Notes: generated by a model from the letters alone, not told the origin. DNA of 64,000 nt from Eledone cirrhosa (GCA_964016885.1 OZ024764.1:28644001-28708000); one strand, 5' to 3'. Shown: positions 1-10,931, counted from the stretch's first letter. Program-made: numbers and translations.

Positions 1-66
1 TGGTATAGCAGAGATAAGCAAGAAGAGAAAAGAAAATGAAAATGAGAAAAAAAAAGAAGTAAGAAG

Positions 67-339
67 TCGGGGGAGGGACAGACACTTCACCCCAGTCTAA
101 GTGGTCCCTCAGCCGCAACCTGTGGAAGAAACGTAAAAGCGTTACCTCGGAGCAAGGCCAGAGACACCTGCTACAATAGTCGCCCCTCCTCATGAAGCTC
201 CTGTCGTCTTTCCTCCCGACTTTATGGAGGAAATCAGCAGTACAGGGACCAAGTATGGCAGAGGTCTCAATGGAGTGGAAGAGGTGAGTCAGGCCTTGGT
301 ACTATCTTACTATCCTCTGCATTGCGGGGTGTAGAGCCT
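67..339 (-). mobile_element. CRE-like non-LTR retrotransposon 3' remnant (RLE C-terminus), fragment c; two copies per unit (also ~12746, 15325, 28056, 30268, 42527, 45143, 57493, 60077)
   Basis: Hand translation across frameshifts: AEDSK..YQGLTHLFHSIETSAILGPCTADFLHKVGRK...EGRLL*QVSLALLRGNAF. This fits the RLE tail pattern AE..K..KY..L...F.P..ET.G..G....FL..LG...L.Q.LS.A..RGNA. Confidence 0.7.
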
Positions 340-460
340 AGGTTTGTGGCTGTAGCTATATTTGAACTTTTATATGAAATTTCAGTTTTATATTTTTCAC
401 ATCTTAAAACTTAATCTTAGTCTTTTGCAGCTCATCTTGTTTCATCTCGCAGCACACGAT

Positions 461-569
461 TTGGGAACCACTGCTCTAGAGATAGAAAAAGTATATTTTA
501 TGCAGGGCTTCCCTGAGACATAAAAACTATTTCAAGAGATCGACATGGGTAGAAAGGTTGAGAAATGCT
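461..569. mobile_element. hAT/Charlie-like terminal remnants
   Basis: ttgggaaccactg is followed directly by ctctagag (Charlie target consensus NTCTAGAN). A second end, aaaggttgagaaatgctg, finishes at 569. Similar ends occur at ~5120-5138 (aaaagtttggggaccactg) and ~6376-6445 (aggggcgtgcaacaggcggcccgcggggccaca after gtctaaag). Confidence 0.5.
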
Positions 570-805
570 GCACAATGTTCTTTGGTTTTTGTTCACCTTT
601 AAATAATCATGTATAAAACATTGGGTGTGCAAGATTTCATGAAAAGGTATAACATTATTTATGCTGATCTTGCAGGAACTAGCTCCAATTGAGAGTTGTA
701 CCAATTCCCACTAAACTCGAAACTCCTGGACAATATATACATATCTTTATAAGTTCCTGTGTATTGTGTCGTTGTATAATGAAACATAAATATATACCAT
801 GCATG

Positions 806-1053
806 TCAGTCAGATTTGAACTCACTATATTTGGCGTTTTATAGATATAATTTGTTTGTTAAAACAATTGATTAAATAATAACTAAATAAAATTAATTCT
901 ACAATCCTGGATAGGGAATGAACTTATAACTTCATAATAGAAGCCATCTATTCGAGCAGTATTGCCATCTAAGCCACCAGGTTACTTACAGAACTTCATT
1001 CAAATATAAAATATAAAATATATGCCAGACATAGTGAGTTCGAATCTGACTGA
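806..1053. mobile_element. ~250-bp MITE-like element with 23-bp TIRs enclosing a decayed tRNA-like sequence
   Basis: tcagtcagatttgaactcactat (806-828) pairs with atagtgagttcgaatctgactga (1031-1053) with 1 mismatch. Interior 906-981 on minus reads cctgg-TGGCTTAGATGG...AGTTCATTCCC-tat-ccagg (A/B-box-like). Confidence 0.5.
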
Positions 1054-1173
1054 TTAGTTGGTCATTGTCCCAGCCAACAGTTTAAATCGCCAACCAGTAG
1101 GTGACATCGACTAGGTTGGGAAAACTTGGTTAAGTAGCTCCAATTATTGCTACGTTAGACATATTCAAGACTC

Positions 1174-1278
1174 ATCGACACCGAATGGAAGAAAGGTAAA
1201 GTTGAACTCAGAGTAAAGAACTGGAAAAATACTGCAAAGAATTCTATCTGATGTTCTAACAATTCTACCAAATTACCT
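1174..1278 (-). mobile_element. degenerate SINE fragment, same family as 10932-11100
   Basis: Reverse complement ggtaatttggtagaattgttagaacatcaga...ctgagttcaactttacctttcttccattcggtgtcga aligns by eye with the SINE head and core. Confidence 0.6.
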
Positions 1279-1361
1279 TATGTATATATATTTATATCTA
1301 GAGATAAGAAGAAAACTGAGAGAAAGAAAAAAAGAAAAAAAAAATGAGACCTTATATGTAA

Positions 1362-1431
1362 CCCATGACCAGGATTGAAACCGAAACCAGGACTACCACC
1401 ATCTCTGGTATCACCCACCAGACCACCATGA
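1362..1431 (-). pseudogene. decayed tRNA-like / tRNA-SINE head
   Basis: Minus strand catggTGGTCTGGTGGgtg...GGTTTCAATCCtggtcatggg has A- and B-box-like motifs at tRNA spacing; a full cloverleaf does not form. Confidence 0.35.
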
Positions 1432-1955
1432 AAGATACAAAAATCTGCTTTTTTAATATTTATAAGCCTACTTTCAATATTAAAGTAATTAACATGTGAT
1501 GTTGTTCATGCCTTTCTCTATGTTATTGGTAAAAAATAAAGTATTTAAACCTCAAATTTTGTTATTCAAATATGCTTGCTTATGTAATTATAAATGTCGC
1601 AGAATACACACACATATATAGATGTGAAAATATTCAGGACCCCAACGGCTGTGCTACTGCCGTTTCGACATCTATATATATATCTTTTAGTCCTAGGCTC
1701 TTTCAGCGCAGAAAGAATTCTCCAATGATCACAATCAGCTAATGGTGCCCAGTGGAAGCACTTTTAGTCTAATTATAACCCCAACGATCACGATTAGCGG
1801 CGGCTTTTTCGAGTCTGAGGTTGACTGCCAGCTATATATATATATATATTTTTATACTTTGCTAGAATCCCGGAGAACAACAGAAAGATGCTGAGTTCAG
1901 AGTTTAAAAAACATGTCCCCTTTAATATAAAAACAATCCGAGTCTTGTAAAAGTG

Positions 1956-2603
1956 TTATTACTGTAATATAAAGTAGAAACCCTTTATTTAAACAAAGCT
2001 GCGATGCAGCGATCATCAAAGCAAACCCCAAAATGTAAACAAACTTCTCGCAGGTGCTGCCAGATACACGATAACATGTGTATACGAAGTGTAACAGGGA
2101 GTTGGGTCGTATTATATGACTTTCAAATTGACCCCTATTATATTCAAATTATCCCCTGTGGGGCGTGCACCCCACGTTGAGAATCCCTCATAAATAAATA
2201 TATGTGAGTGTGTTGCTATGACTGCTATTTCTAGCAGGTTTACTGCAGTCCTGTAGACGCACAACAAAAACCGGAAGTGGCAGCCATTAAAAAACTTTGG
2301 CTTAAAATCAGCCAAAAGATTTTCAATAATAGTAAAATTTTATTTTTGACAAGGACGATAACTTTTGTCTTACTTAATCGCAAAAATCGAGGCAAAAATT
2401 TTGAGGGTGTGCAGTTTACACGCTAAAAGTAAACCTGCTAGAAATAGCAGTCATAGCAACTCACTTACATATATTTATATATCATATATATATATATATG
2501 ATATATATATTGACACTTTAGAAATAGCAGCGAATAACAGAAAGGACACACACACATATATATATATATACACACACACACATATATATATATATATGCC
2601 CCA

Positions 2604-2654
<51 letters not shown>

Positions 2655-3084
2655 TATATATATATGCCCCAGCATACACACACACACACACATATATATA
2701 TACATATATATATATATGCCCCAGCATGGTCTTGGACGATCGTCTAACTAAGGCCAATAATAAAATACTTCAAAATAAATTAAACACTACTAAATCCGGG
2801 GTTACAACTTGGATTACTTAAAAGTCAGTAAAGCTGTAAAGATTCTATATTGTAAATAGGTGGTCGCATGTTCGAATCCGGGCAAATCCCGAGAAAAATA
2901 ACAAAAAGAAGGACAATGTAAAAATAACAGCCATAGACGAGAGGAGGACACACACACAAACACACACATATACACACACATGTATATATATATATATATG
3001 TGTGTCTGTGTATGTGTTTGGCTGCTATATATATATATAGAGGTCAACACACACACACGTACATATATAAGTGTGTGTGTTTGG

Positions 3085-3132
<48 letters not shown>

Positions 3133-3612
3133 ATATAAATATATGTGAGTTGCTATGACTGCTATTTCTAGCAGGTTTATTTTAGCGTGTAAACTGCACA
3201 CCCGCAAAATTTTTGCCTCGATTTTTGCGATTAAGTAAGACAAAAGTTATCGTCCTTGTCAAAAATAAAATTTTACTATTATTGAAAATCTTTTGGCTGA
3301 TTTTAAGCCAAAGTTTTTTAATGGCTGCCACTTCCGTTTTTGTTGTGCGTCTACAGGACTGCAGTAAACCTGCTAGAAATAGCAGTCATAGCAACGCACT
3401 CACATATTTTTATTTATGAGGGATTCTCAACGTGGGGTGCACGCCCCACAGGGGATAATTTGAATATAATAGGGGTCAATTTGAAAGTCATATAATACGA
3501 CCAAGCTTCCAGATACACTTCGTATACACATGTTATTTGAAGTTTGTTTTGATCATCGCTGCATCGCAGCTTTGTTTAAATAAAGGGTTTCTACTTTATA
3601 TTACAGTAATAA
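1956..3612. repeat. large inverted repeat: ~500-bp arms (~1956-2490 and ~3125-3612) around a microsatellite-rich spacer; also ~17200-18850, 32151-33797, 47033-48237, 61960-63601
   Basis: Arms are reverse complements (ggtcgtattatatgactttcaaattgacccc vs ggggtcaatttgaaagtcatataatacgacc). The same spurious peptide [21 protein letters not shown] appears on + at 2365 and on - at 3243. Confidence 0.95.
2204..2464. mobile_element. ~260-bp MITE with ~36-bp TIRs nested in the left arm; inverted copy at 3145-3403
   Basis: gtgag(tgtg)ttgctatgactgctatttctagcaggtttac ... gtaaacctgctagaaatagcagtcatagcaactcac, in TA-rich context. Confidence 0.75.
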
Positions 3613-3744
3613 AAGTTTTACTTCGTCTACACATGTTATCATGTATCCGGCAGCACCTATGGGCTGTTTGTTTATACTTTGGTGTTTATTTTGATCATCG
3701 CCTCATCGCAGGTTTGTTTAATTAAAGGTTGCGAGGGGGATCAC

Positions 3745-3752
3745 TGATATAA

Positions 3753-3794
<42 letters not shown>

Positions 3795-3872
3795 CGAAAA
3801 GACACACACATATATATACATACACGCAGACATACACCTGTGTGTATGTGCGTGTGTGCGTGTCTTTGGCTG

Positions 3873-3954
<82 letters not shown>

Positions 3955-3978
3955 GTGTATATATATACAGACACACAC
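3745..3978. repeat. compound (TA)n(GA)n ... (CT)n microsatellite
   Basis: Direct reading; length varies between units. Confidence 0.95.
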
Positions 3979-4068
3979 TGTTGTTTCTTGATTTTTAGCT
4001 GCTGTTTCTAAAGTGTCTATTAATATATGCTAGAAATAGCAGTCAAGGGAACATTTACGTATATATAT

Positions 4069-4460
4069 GTAAGGACAGTGACACCTGCTGCAACAGGCAT
4101 CCAACCTCGTGGGACTCCATCCTCGGACGGGCCACAGACACTGCGATGTTGCGGAGGAGCTCGGCTGTAATGGGTCCAAGTTGGCCCGGGGTCTCGACGG
4201 CGGCTGGTGCTTAGAAGAGGCTCCAGGACAAACACCGGAATTTGTTTATTTTATGTTCATCTGCGAGACGGGCAGCGATGCTGGGGTTTGTGGATCTACC
4301 CCCTTCGAATGGGAAGAGGGTGATTCCCTCGGGGTGCTTGCCATCTCCGCGGCCTAGGCCTGTTGGTTCCAGTTGAGATGGAAATTCAGCTGCGTCCAGG
4401 TTTCTTCTCACTATGTCGTTGAGAGCATTTATGTGGCTCACACACGCGGAGGCCAAGGCG
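4069..4460 (-). mobile_element. CRE-like non-LTR retrotransposon RLE domain remnant, fragment a
   Basis: HINALNDIVRRNLDAAEFPSQLEPTGLGRGDGKHPEGITLFPFEGGRS..AARLADEHKINKF..*APAAVETPGQLGPITAELL...EVGCLLQQVSLSL. This matches H..LND.I.R.L....PS.LEP.GL.R.DGKRPDG.T..P, with the catalytic PD decayed to PE and an internal stop. Confidence 0.85.
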
Positions 4461-4957
4461 TTGGACTACTCCGATGCGAGTTCAATCATCATCAAGAATT
4501 TATTTGAATTGAAAGGTCACTAAACTAATATAGGAGTGTCATTTAAAAATAAGGTAAACAGAAATAGTTACACCGGTAACATAATTACTGTTACACCGGT
4601 AGTTCACTAACAATTCATTTCACGTTCCTCTCTAACAGGTAATGTTTTAATTTGCTCTCCATGTTGGGGAGTAACTGTAGTTTGGCTTGCTAGGGGTCAT
4701 ACATCTTCATACACACACACACACATACTATCTATATATATACAAAGGAAAGGAAGATAAACAAATATCAGAGGATTTGACCGGCTTCTTCCTCTTGGCA
4801 CCTGTAGCCACCATGACGTATAAGTATAAATATATATACATATCTATCTATCTATATATATATCATCATTTTCATTTTACGTCTGCTTTTCCCTGTTTGC
4901 AAGGGTGGGGCATATATATATATATCATCATCATTATACATCCACTTTTCCCCGCTT

Positions 4958-5090
4958 GGCAGCACCTACGAGAAGTTTGTTTTGATCATCGCTGCATCGT
5001 AGCTTTGTTTAAATAAAGGGTTTCTACTTTATATTACAGTAATAATACTTTCAGAATACTCGGATTGTTTTTATATTAAAGGGGAACATA
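4958..5090. repeat. third copy of the dispersed repeat that forms the outer part of the inverted-repeat arms
   Basis: ttgatcatcgctgcatcgtagctttgtttaaataaagggtttctactttatattacagtaataa matches 3549-3612 and the reverse complement of ~1912-2062. Confidence 0.85.
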
Positions 5091-5864
5091 AACATATTTT
5101 AGAGGAGGGGTGTGGAACAGAAAAGTTTGGGGACCACTGATACACACACACATTTATTTACTATATATATAATATATACATATATATATGTCTGTGTGTG
5201 TATACTATATATATATATATATGTACAGGGAGGTCGAAGCATTTCAGAATTTTTCTAGGGGGGGGGTGCAAATCCCCCTCTTTATATCAATTAGCACACA
5301 CTCTCTCCCTCTCTATATCTACTACACGGCACTCTCTTCCAATACCCCTCTCTATATGAAGTAACACCAAACTCTCCCCCTCTCTATATATTAAGCACTA
5401 AGTCAGGAATTTTTTTCTTCTTTCGTGCAGAGAGAGTAAAGTTGATTAAATCTACTGCAGTGAATTACTGGTATTTTATTTAATAAAAATTAAAATTTAC
5501 TATTTGTCTTCGTTTAATTTTCGTTTTTCTTTACATAGTTTCGTTTCGTTAAATGTCTCCAGAATTTGTTTTTACTTTTACCGGATATTGAAGGTGTAAA
5601 CTTGGTGTTGTCTAGAAACGTGTTAGAAATATTTTTCTTTTAATTGTGAAGAATTTAACCGCAAAGTAAGTTTTTTTTACTGTTTATTTGTGGCTGGGAC
5701 AACGTATGGTATGTGTTAATGTAAATGGTGAAGGTTTAAAGATTCTTTTTACAACTGAAAATCAGTTTGTTGTTGCTGCTAATTACTTAACGCATGGAAT
5801 AGATTAAAAAAATACAGGATTGTTTCTCGGAAGAGAGAAAGAAGAAACAAAACAAATCACAGAA

Positions 5865-6050
5865 GCGGGTAGCACACACATTTGGGACCACATACAACAC
5901 AAAAACAGGTAATCCACACATCTGGGACCACATACAACACACCAGCAGGTAATACATACATCTAGGACCACATAAGCAGGTAATACACACATCTAGGACC
6001 ACATACAACACACAAGCAGGTAATACACACATCTAGGACGACATACAACC
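5865..6050. repeat. ~37-bp degenerate minisatellite (gcaggtaatacacacatctaggaccacatacaacacac), ~5 copies
   Basis: Direct reading. Confidence 0.9.
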
Positions 6051-6132
6051 AAAGGCAGGCGAAAGGGGTGGACAAACGAGCTGCTACTAGATCAAAAGAT
6101 AACAGTATCGCGAGGAGCACTGGGAAACCTCT

Positions 6133-6348
6133 CTAATGATTTTTTAGGCAAGCCAGCACGTCTGCAGCGTTACCTCGGGCGATGGCGAGGCTGAGGAGCT
6201 GGAACAACCAAGTGCCCTCACGAGCTTCACCAGTCACCTTCGTCAGGCTAGCCGCCAGTGAAGATAGGAATCTCGCAGTCAGTATCCCGACTCCCCCAAA
6301 CGCCACAGGCTGGAAAATGTAGTTGGCCGACAGATCACAGTATTACTT
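6133..6348 (-). mobile_element. CRE-like non-LTR retrotransposon RLE C-terminus remnant, fragment b
   Basis: Hand translation: K*YCDLSANYIFQPVAFGGVGILTARFLSSLAASLTKVTGEAREGTWLFQLLSLAIARGNAADVLACLKNH*. Not in the supplied ORF track. Confidence 0.85.
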
Positions 6349-6496
6349 AACAGTGATAGATATTCTGTCTAAAGGAGGGGCGTGCAACAGGCGGCCCGCG
6401 GGGCCACAATCGAGCCCACCTGACCAGTCAGAGTGGCCCGCAATGACTGTTGTAGGCTTATTTAGAATTTTTTCCATACCCGTAATACTTCTGTTA

Positions 6497-6918
6497 GTTG
6501 ACCTATACTAAAGGACTTCACTGATAGGGTTATATGTGTTATAATTTCCCAGTTGACCTATACTAAAGGACTTCACTGATAGGGTTATATGTGTTATAGT
6601 TTCCCAGTTGACCTATACTAAAGGGCTTCACTGATAGAGTTATATGTGTTATAGTTTCCCAGAGGGCTTCACTGATAGGGTTATATGTGTTATAGTTTCC
6701 CAGTTGACCTATACTAAAGGACTTCACTGATAGGGTTATATGTGTTATAGTTTCCCAGTTGACCTATACTAAAGGACTTCACTGATAGGGTTATATGTGT
6801 TATCGTTTCCCAGTTGACCTATACTAAAGGACTTCACTGATAGGGTTATATGTGTTATAGTTTCCCAGTTGACCTATACTAAAGGGCTTCACTGATAGAG
6901 TTATATGTGTTATAGTTT
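6497..6918. repeat. 55-bp minisatellite (gttgacctatactaaaggacttcactgatagggttatatgtgttatagtttccca), 8 copies here and 7 in units 2-4, one copy truncated in each
   Basis: Direct reading; other arrays at ~21726-22092, 36678-37045, 51146-51512. Confidence 0.97.
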
Positions 6919-7155
6919 GAAACAAACTACCTGCATCAGTTATTATACTTTTATAACACCGCTATATTACCTACATGAAAGAGGTAAATATTTATTTCTC
7001 TTGTCTTCTTAAATGTATAGAACATTTTTCTTATATATATTCTTAACATAGCTAGGACCGTTTATTATTTACTAGTCTCTACTCCTAGGACTTTGCTGGT
7101 CTCATGTCCCCTCCATCAACACACACTCGGTAGAAAGCTGGTCGTCGGAGGTAAA

Positions 7156-7299
7156 GTGGCCCTGATTACAGGTCTAGTATTGAAGCCTTTCGGCTTGAGC
7201 CTTGCTGATGCCGACAGAGTTCCTGTGGTAGTTTTGGTAGCACAGGTGACATTTTATTGTGTTTAGGTACCGGCTAGTGCGGACACAGAGAGCACAACC
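7156..7299 (-). pseudogene. decayed PHD finger, probably from a retrotransposon ORF; also ~22330, 37283, 51750
   Basis: Hand translation GCALCVRTSRYLNTIKCHLCYQNYHRNSVGISKAQAERLQY*TCNQG shows C4HC3 spacing with C>S, W>stop and C>G lesions. Confidence 0.7.
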
Positions 7300-7490
7300 A
7301 GGTGGTGAGCTGGCAACGACCAAGTGTAGAGGGCCAGCTTTGAAATTCGAGCGACGGAGTGAACTAGTAAAAGAGGCAGGGTAAGCAGCATTGGTTCTAA
7401 CGGTGGGACTAGAACGGAGGTTGGGTGGTGCTGGGGGTGGGCTAACAGCTAACAGTTGTAGGAGTGGTGGGGGTTTGCTAGGATTAATTT

Positions 7491-9105
7491 TTACATCTGT
7501 CTGTGAACTCTTGAAAAAGCAACATACAATTGTCCAGGGTTAAATACTTGCTCAGGGAGGAACAGACCCACTTTATCATGTATTTGACCATGGTTCTTGT
7601 TGATTGTCATGGCATATGACAGTCTTAATGGAAACTGGGGTCTTTCCAAAGTAAAAGGGATGTTGGCACCACTGGGGGATAACTTCAGTCTTGGGATCAA
7701 AACACACCTGCCCATCAAAGGACCATAGATATGAGAAGCTTTGATAAAATGTTTATGCAGTTCTACTACTTCTAATCTTGTGCCATTACATAATCTGTTC
7801 TGGATTGAAATATTCCATAGAAGCATTATTATTGATCCTGCTTATAATTGGAGTTTGTGAGGCGGCATCCCAGAAGGTGTAAGCAAGTTCATTTAGCTTG
7901 AACCAGGCAGCAAGGGTCCCTGCATTTCTACCACAACCTGAGCATTGCCTCTTTGAAAGTAAACTCTGTTTGTTCTCCAGGTGTGTGGCTAGGCTGTATA
8001 CTGTATGTGATGTACCATGAAGCTTAAATTCCGAGAGACACGACACTGCTTCTGGCTGAGACACATACCTGCAACAAAGATAGGTTCTTATTTCATCATG
8101 GTTGTGTTGGTTCTGAGCCTCATTAGGTAATGCATTATTCGTTACTTCTATAGATGTACAATCATGCCCCATGTAACATATTTAAAGAGGTACTTGACAC
8201 TTTTTACAGAAGCGCAAACTTCAACATTAATATGTGCACAATATTTCTTAAGCAAAAAGGCATTAAATGGCATAACATTCCTGTTATCTACTGAATGTCA
8301 TCCAATTTACACTGCAGTTCCTGTCTTGCACCTCCTGTACTCTGGGTATCCATTTAGGTTCAATAATGTTTCCCTTCTGTAGGTTTTTGGATAGTTCTTT
8401 TTGAAAAATCCATTTTGTATAAATGGGGGAAAAGGGTTTCCAGAACCACATGGCCTGTGGATCATAAACTTTTAAACCTGCTCATGTAGTACTGGATCAT
8501 CTTCCAATGCAGGTATTTCTGCTGACACGATTCTGTCAATGTCTTCTCTGTTTCTTATCTTGTCTTCATTTTTTAAGGCTCAGTGTTATCATCTGTTTAG
8601 ATAATTCATTAAACCATTATACTCATCCACTCACAATTGGGCTTGATTGTTCCTCAAATATTGAAGCCTGCATCCCTCTACTTTCATATAGGCATCCACT
8701 AAATACTGCTAAAATAATTTACCTGCCCTATATATCGCACTAAATCCTCCTCTATATGCTATACAGTATATGTAATACTCCTGCATTGTCAGTCTATTGC
8801 AAACACAGGTCCTACATTCCTCTCCATGGCACTATGCCACCAAAATTCACCATTATCGGTCGGTCATGAGGTCCAAGTGGCATGAATTATGTGGTATTTT
8901 CTGAGGAGGATGGTCTTTAGGAAAGATGATAATATCTCTTTGTACAGGTGGTGTGCCCTCAATCCCCCACAAAACAACAGCTATCATTACTAGTTGGTAA
9001 ATTAGAGCAGCTCATATCTGATCCTCTTCTAAATCTTAATTCACAGTTCTGTACATGACAATTTTCTCTTCTTGCACTTTGCTGTTTGAGATGAAACAAG
9101 ATAGC
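7491..9105 (-). mobile_element. Helitron RepHel pseudogene, Rep region plus PIF1 helicase C-terminus (unit 1)
   Basis: NLPTSN..GTPPVQRDIIIFP; DIDRIVSAEIP..MIHRPCG..NGYPEYRR..VDNRNVMPFNAFLLKKYCAHINVEVCASVKSVKYLFKYV; RYVSQPEA; AWFKLN; then LTPSGMPPHKL..LCNGTRL..QFPLRLSYAMTINKNHGQ..GQLYVAFSRV. Many stops and frameshifts; HUH motif and helicase motifs I-IV not found. Confidence 0.95.
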
Positions 9106-9107
9106 AA

Positions 9108-9450
9108 TGTCCATAACATTACATGTCAGAATTATTAGCCACAGGGGCAGAGATGTCCATAACATTACATGTCAGAATTATTAGCCACCGGGGCAGAGAT
9201 GTCCATAACATTACATGTCAGAATTATTAGCCACAGGGGCAGAGATGTCCATAACATTACATGACATAATTATTAGCCACAGGGGCAGAGATGACCATAA
9301 CATTACATGACAGATTTATTAGCCACAGGTGCAGAGATGACCATAACATTACATGACAGAATTATTAACCACAGGGGCAGAGATGACCATAACATTACAT
9401 GACAATTATTAGCCCCAGGGGCAGATATGTCCATAACATTACATGACAGA
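9108..9450. repeat. 46-bp minisatellite (atgtccataacattacatgtcagaattattagccacaggggcagag), ~7.5 copies
   Basis: About 8.5 copies at 24281-24670, 1.5 at 39233-39300 and 10.5 at 53678-54161. Confidence 0.97.
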
Positions 9451-10029
9451 GTTTCATCTCGCGCTCTCTCTCTCTCGTTTCATCTCGCTCTCTCTCTCTC
9501 TCGTTTCATCTCTGTCTTCCTCTCTCTCATTTCATCTCTGTCTTCCTCTCTCTCGTTCCATCTCTCTCTTCCTCTCTCTCGTTCCATCTCTCTCTTCCTC
9601 TCTCTCGTTTCATCTCTATTTCTCTCTCTCGTTTCATCTGTCTCTCTCTCTGTCGTTTCATCTCCCTCTATCTCTCTCTCGCTCTCTCATTTCATCTCTC
9701 TCTCCCTCTCGTTTCATCTCGCTCTCTCTCTCCTGTTTCATCTCGCTCTCTAGTCTCGTTTCCTCTCTCTCTCATTTCATCTCGCTCTCACTCTCTCTCA
9801 TTTCATCTCGCTCTCTCTCTCTCATTTCATCTCGCTCTCACTCTCTCATTTCATCTCGCTCTGACTCTCTCTCATTTCATCTCGCTCTCTCTCTCTCTCG
9901 TTTCATCTCGCTCTCTCTCTCTCATTTCATCTCGCTCTCACTCTCTCTCATTTCATCTCGCACTCACTCTCTCATTTCATCTCGCTCTCTCTCTCTCTCG
10001 TTTCATCTCGCTCTCTCTGTCTCATTTCA

Positions 10030-10061
<32 letters not shown>

Positions 10062-10409
10062 GTTTCATCTCGCTCTCTCTCTCGCTCTCTCTCTCTCATT
10101 TCATCTCACTCTCTCTCTCTCTCGTTTCATCTCGCTCTCACTCTCTCATTTCATCTCGCTCTCTCTCTCTCGTTCCATCTTGCTCTCTCTCTCTCTTCCT
10201 CTCTCTCTTGTTTCAACACTCTAATCCCTCACTTGTTTCATCTCTCTCTAATCCCTCACTTGTTTCATCTCTCTCTTGTTTCAATTCGTTCTCTCTCTCT
10301 CTCTCTCCCCTCTCTCTTTCTCTCCCCTCTCTCTCTTGTTTCATCCCTCACCCTCTTGTTTCATCCCCCCTCTCCCTCTTCCTCTCTCTCTCTTCCTCTC
10401 TCTCTCTTC

Positions 10410-10441
<32 letters not shown>

Positions 10442-10735
10442 TCCTCTCTCTCTCTCTTCCTCTCTCTCTCTCTCTTCCTCTCTCTCTCTCTTTCACACTC
10501 TATCTCCGACTCGTTTCATCACTCTCTCCCCTCTCTCCCCTCAACCTCTTGTTTCAACTCTCTCCTCGTTTCAACTCTCTCTCCTCTCGTTTCAACTCTC
10601 TCTCTCCCCTCTCGTTACAACTCTCTCTCTCTCTCCACTCGTTTCAACTCTCTCTCTCTTTTCTCGTTTCAACTCTCTCCTCTCTTGTTTCAACTCTCTC
10701 ACCTCTCGTTTCAACTCTTTCTCTCTGTGTCTCCA
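9451..10735. repeat. ~1.3-kb polypyrimidine compound satellite ((ct)n punctuated by tttcatctcg, ttcc, gtttcaac)
   Basis: Direct reading; source of the long Ser/Leu pseudo-ORFs. Also ~24671-26043, 39301-40530, 54162-55505. Confidence 0.97.
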
Positions 10736-10931
10736 ATGTGTAATAAACCGTGACTCATATATATATACCGAAGAATGTACATAAACACATACATACACGC
10801 ATGTGTATATATATATACATACATGTGTCTCTCTCTCTCCCTATATATATGTATATATGTATAAATATGTACATACATATTAGTGTATATATATTGCTAT
10901 CTATATGCATATTTGTATAATTATACTGTAT

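Noticed and set aside
67-300. Structured RNA (stems gagggac/gtccctc, gtcgggggag/ttcctcccgac; slight RNase P-like tcaatgg..gaggtgag)
   Set aside because: No RNase P CR-I/CR-V or ribozyme core was found; the region is better explained as an antisense CRE-RLE coding remnant.
224-523. Spliced plus-strand mini-ORF using GTGAGT (284) and ttttgcag (430), ~50 aa
   Set aside because: No recognisable homology; built from antisense TE and hAT remnants; such sites are common by chance. Would need RNA evidence.
498-704. 68-aa ORF repeated in most duplicate copies
   Set aside because: Non-ATG start, frameshifted in the copies at ~13240 and ~57990, no recognisable domain; conservation only reflects array identity.
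2365-3978. [12 protein letters not shown] ORFs
   Set aside because: Dinucleotide microsatellite artefacts.
7491-7826. Functional PIF1 helicase gene
   Set aside because: Only motifs V-VI are present, KSQG has decayed to KNHG, there is an upstream in-frame stop, and it is fused to Helitron Rep remnants.
9427-10798. Long Ser/Leu-rich ORFs (up to 462 aa in unit 2)
   Set aside because: Translations of a CT tract that lacks stop codons; open in all frames and frames shift between units.
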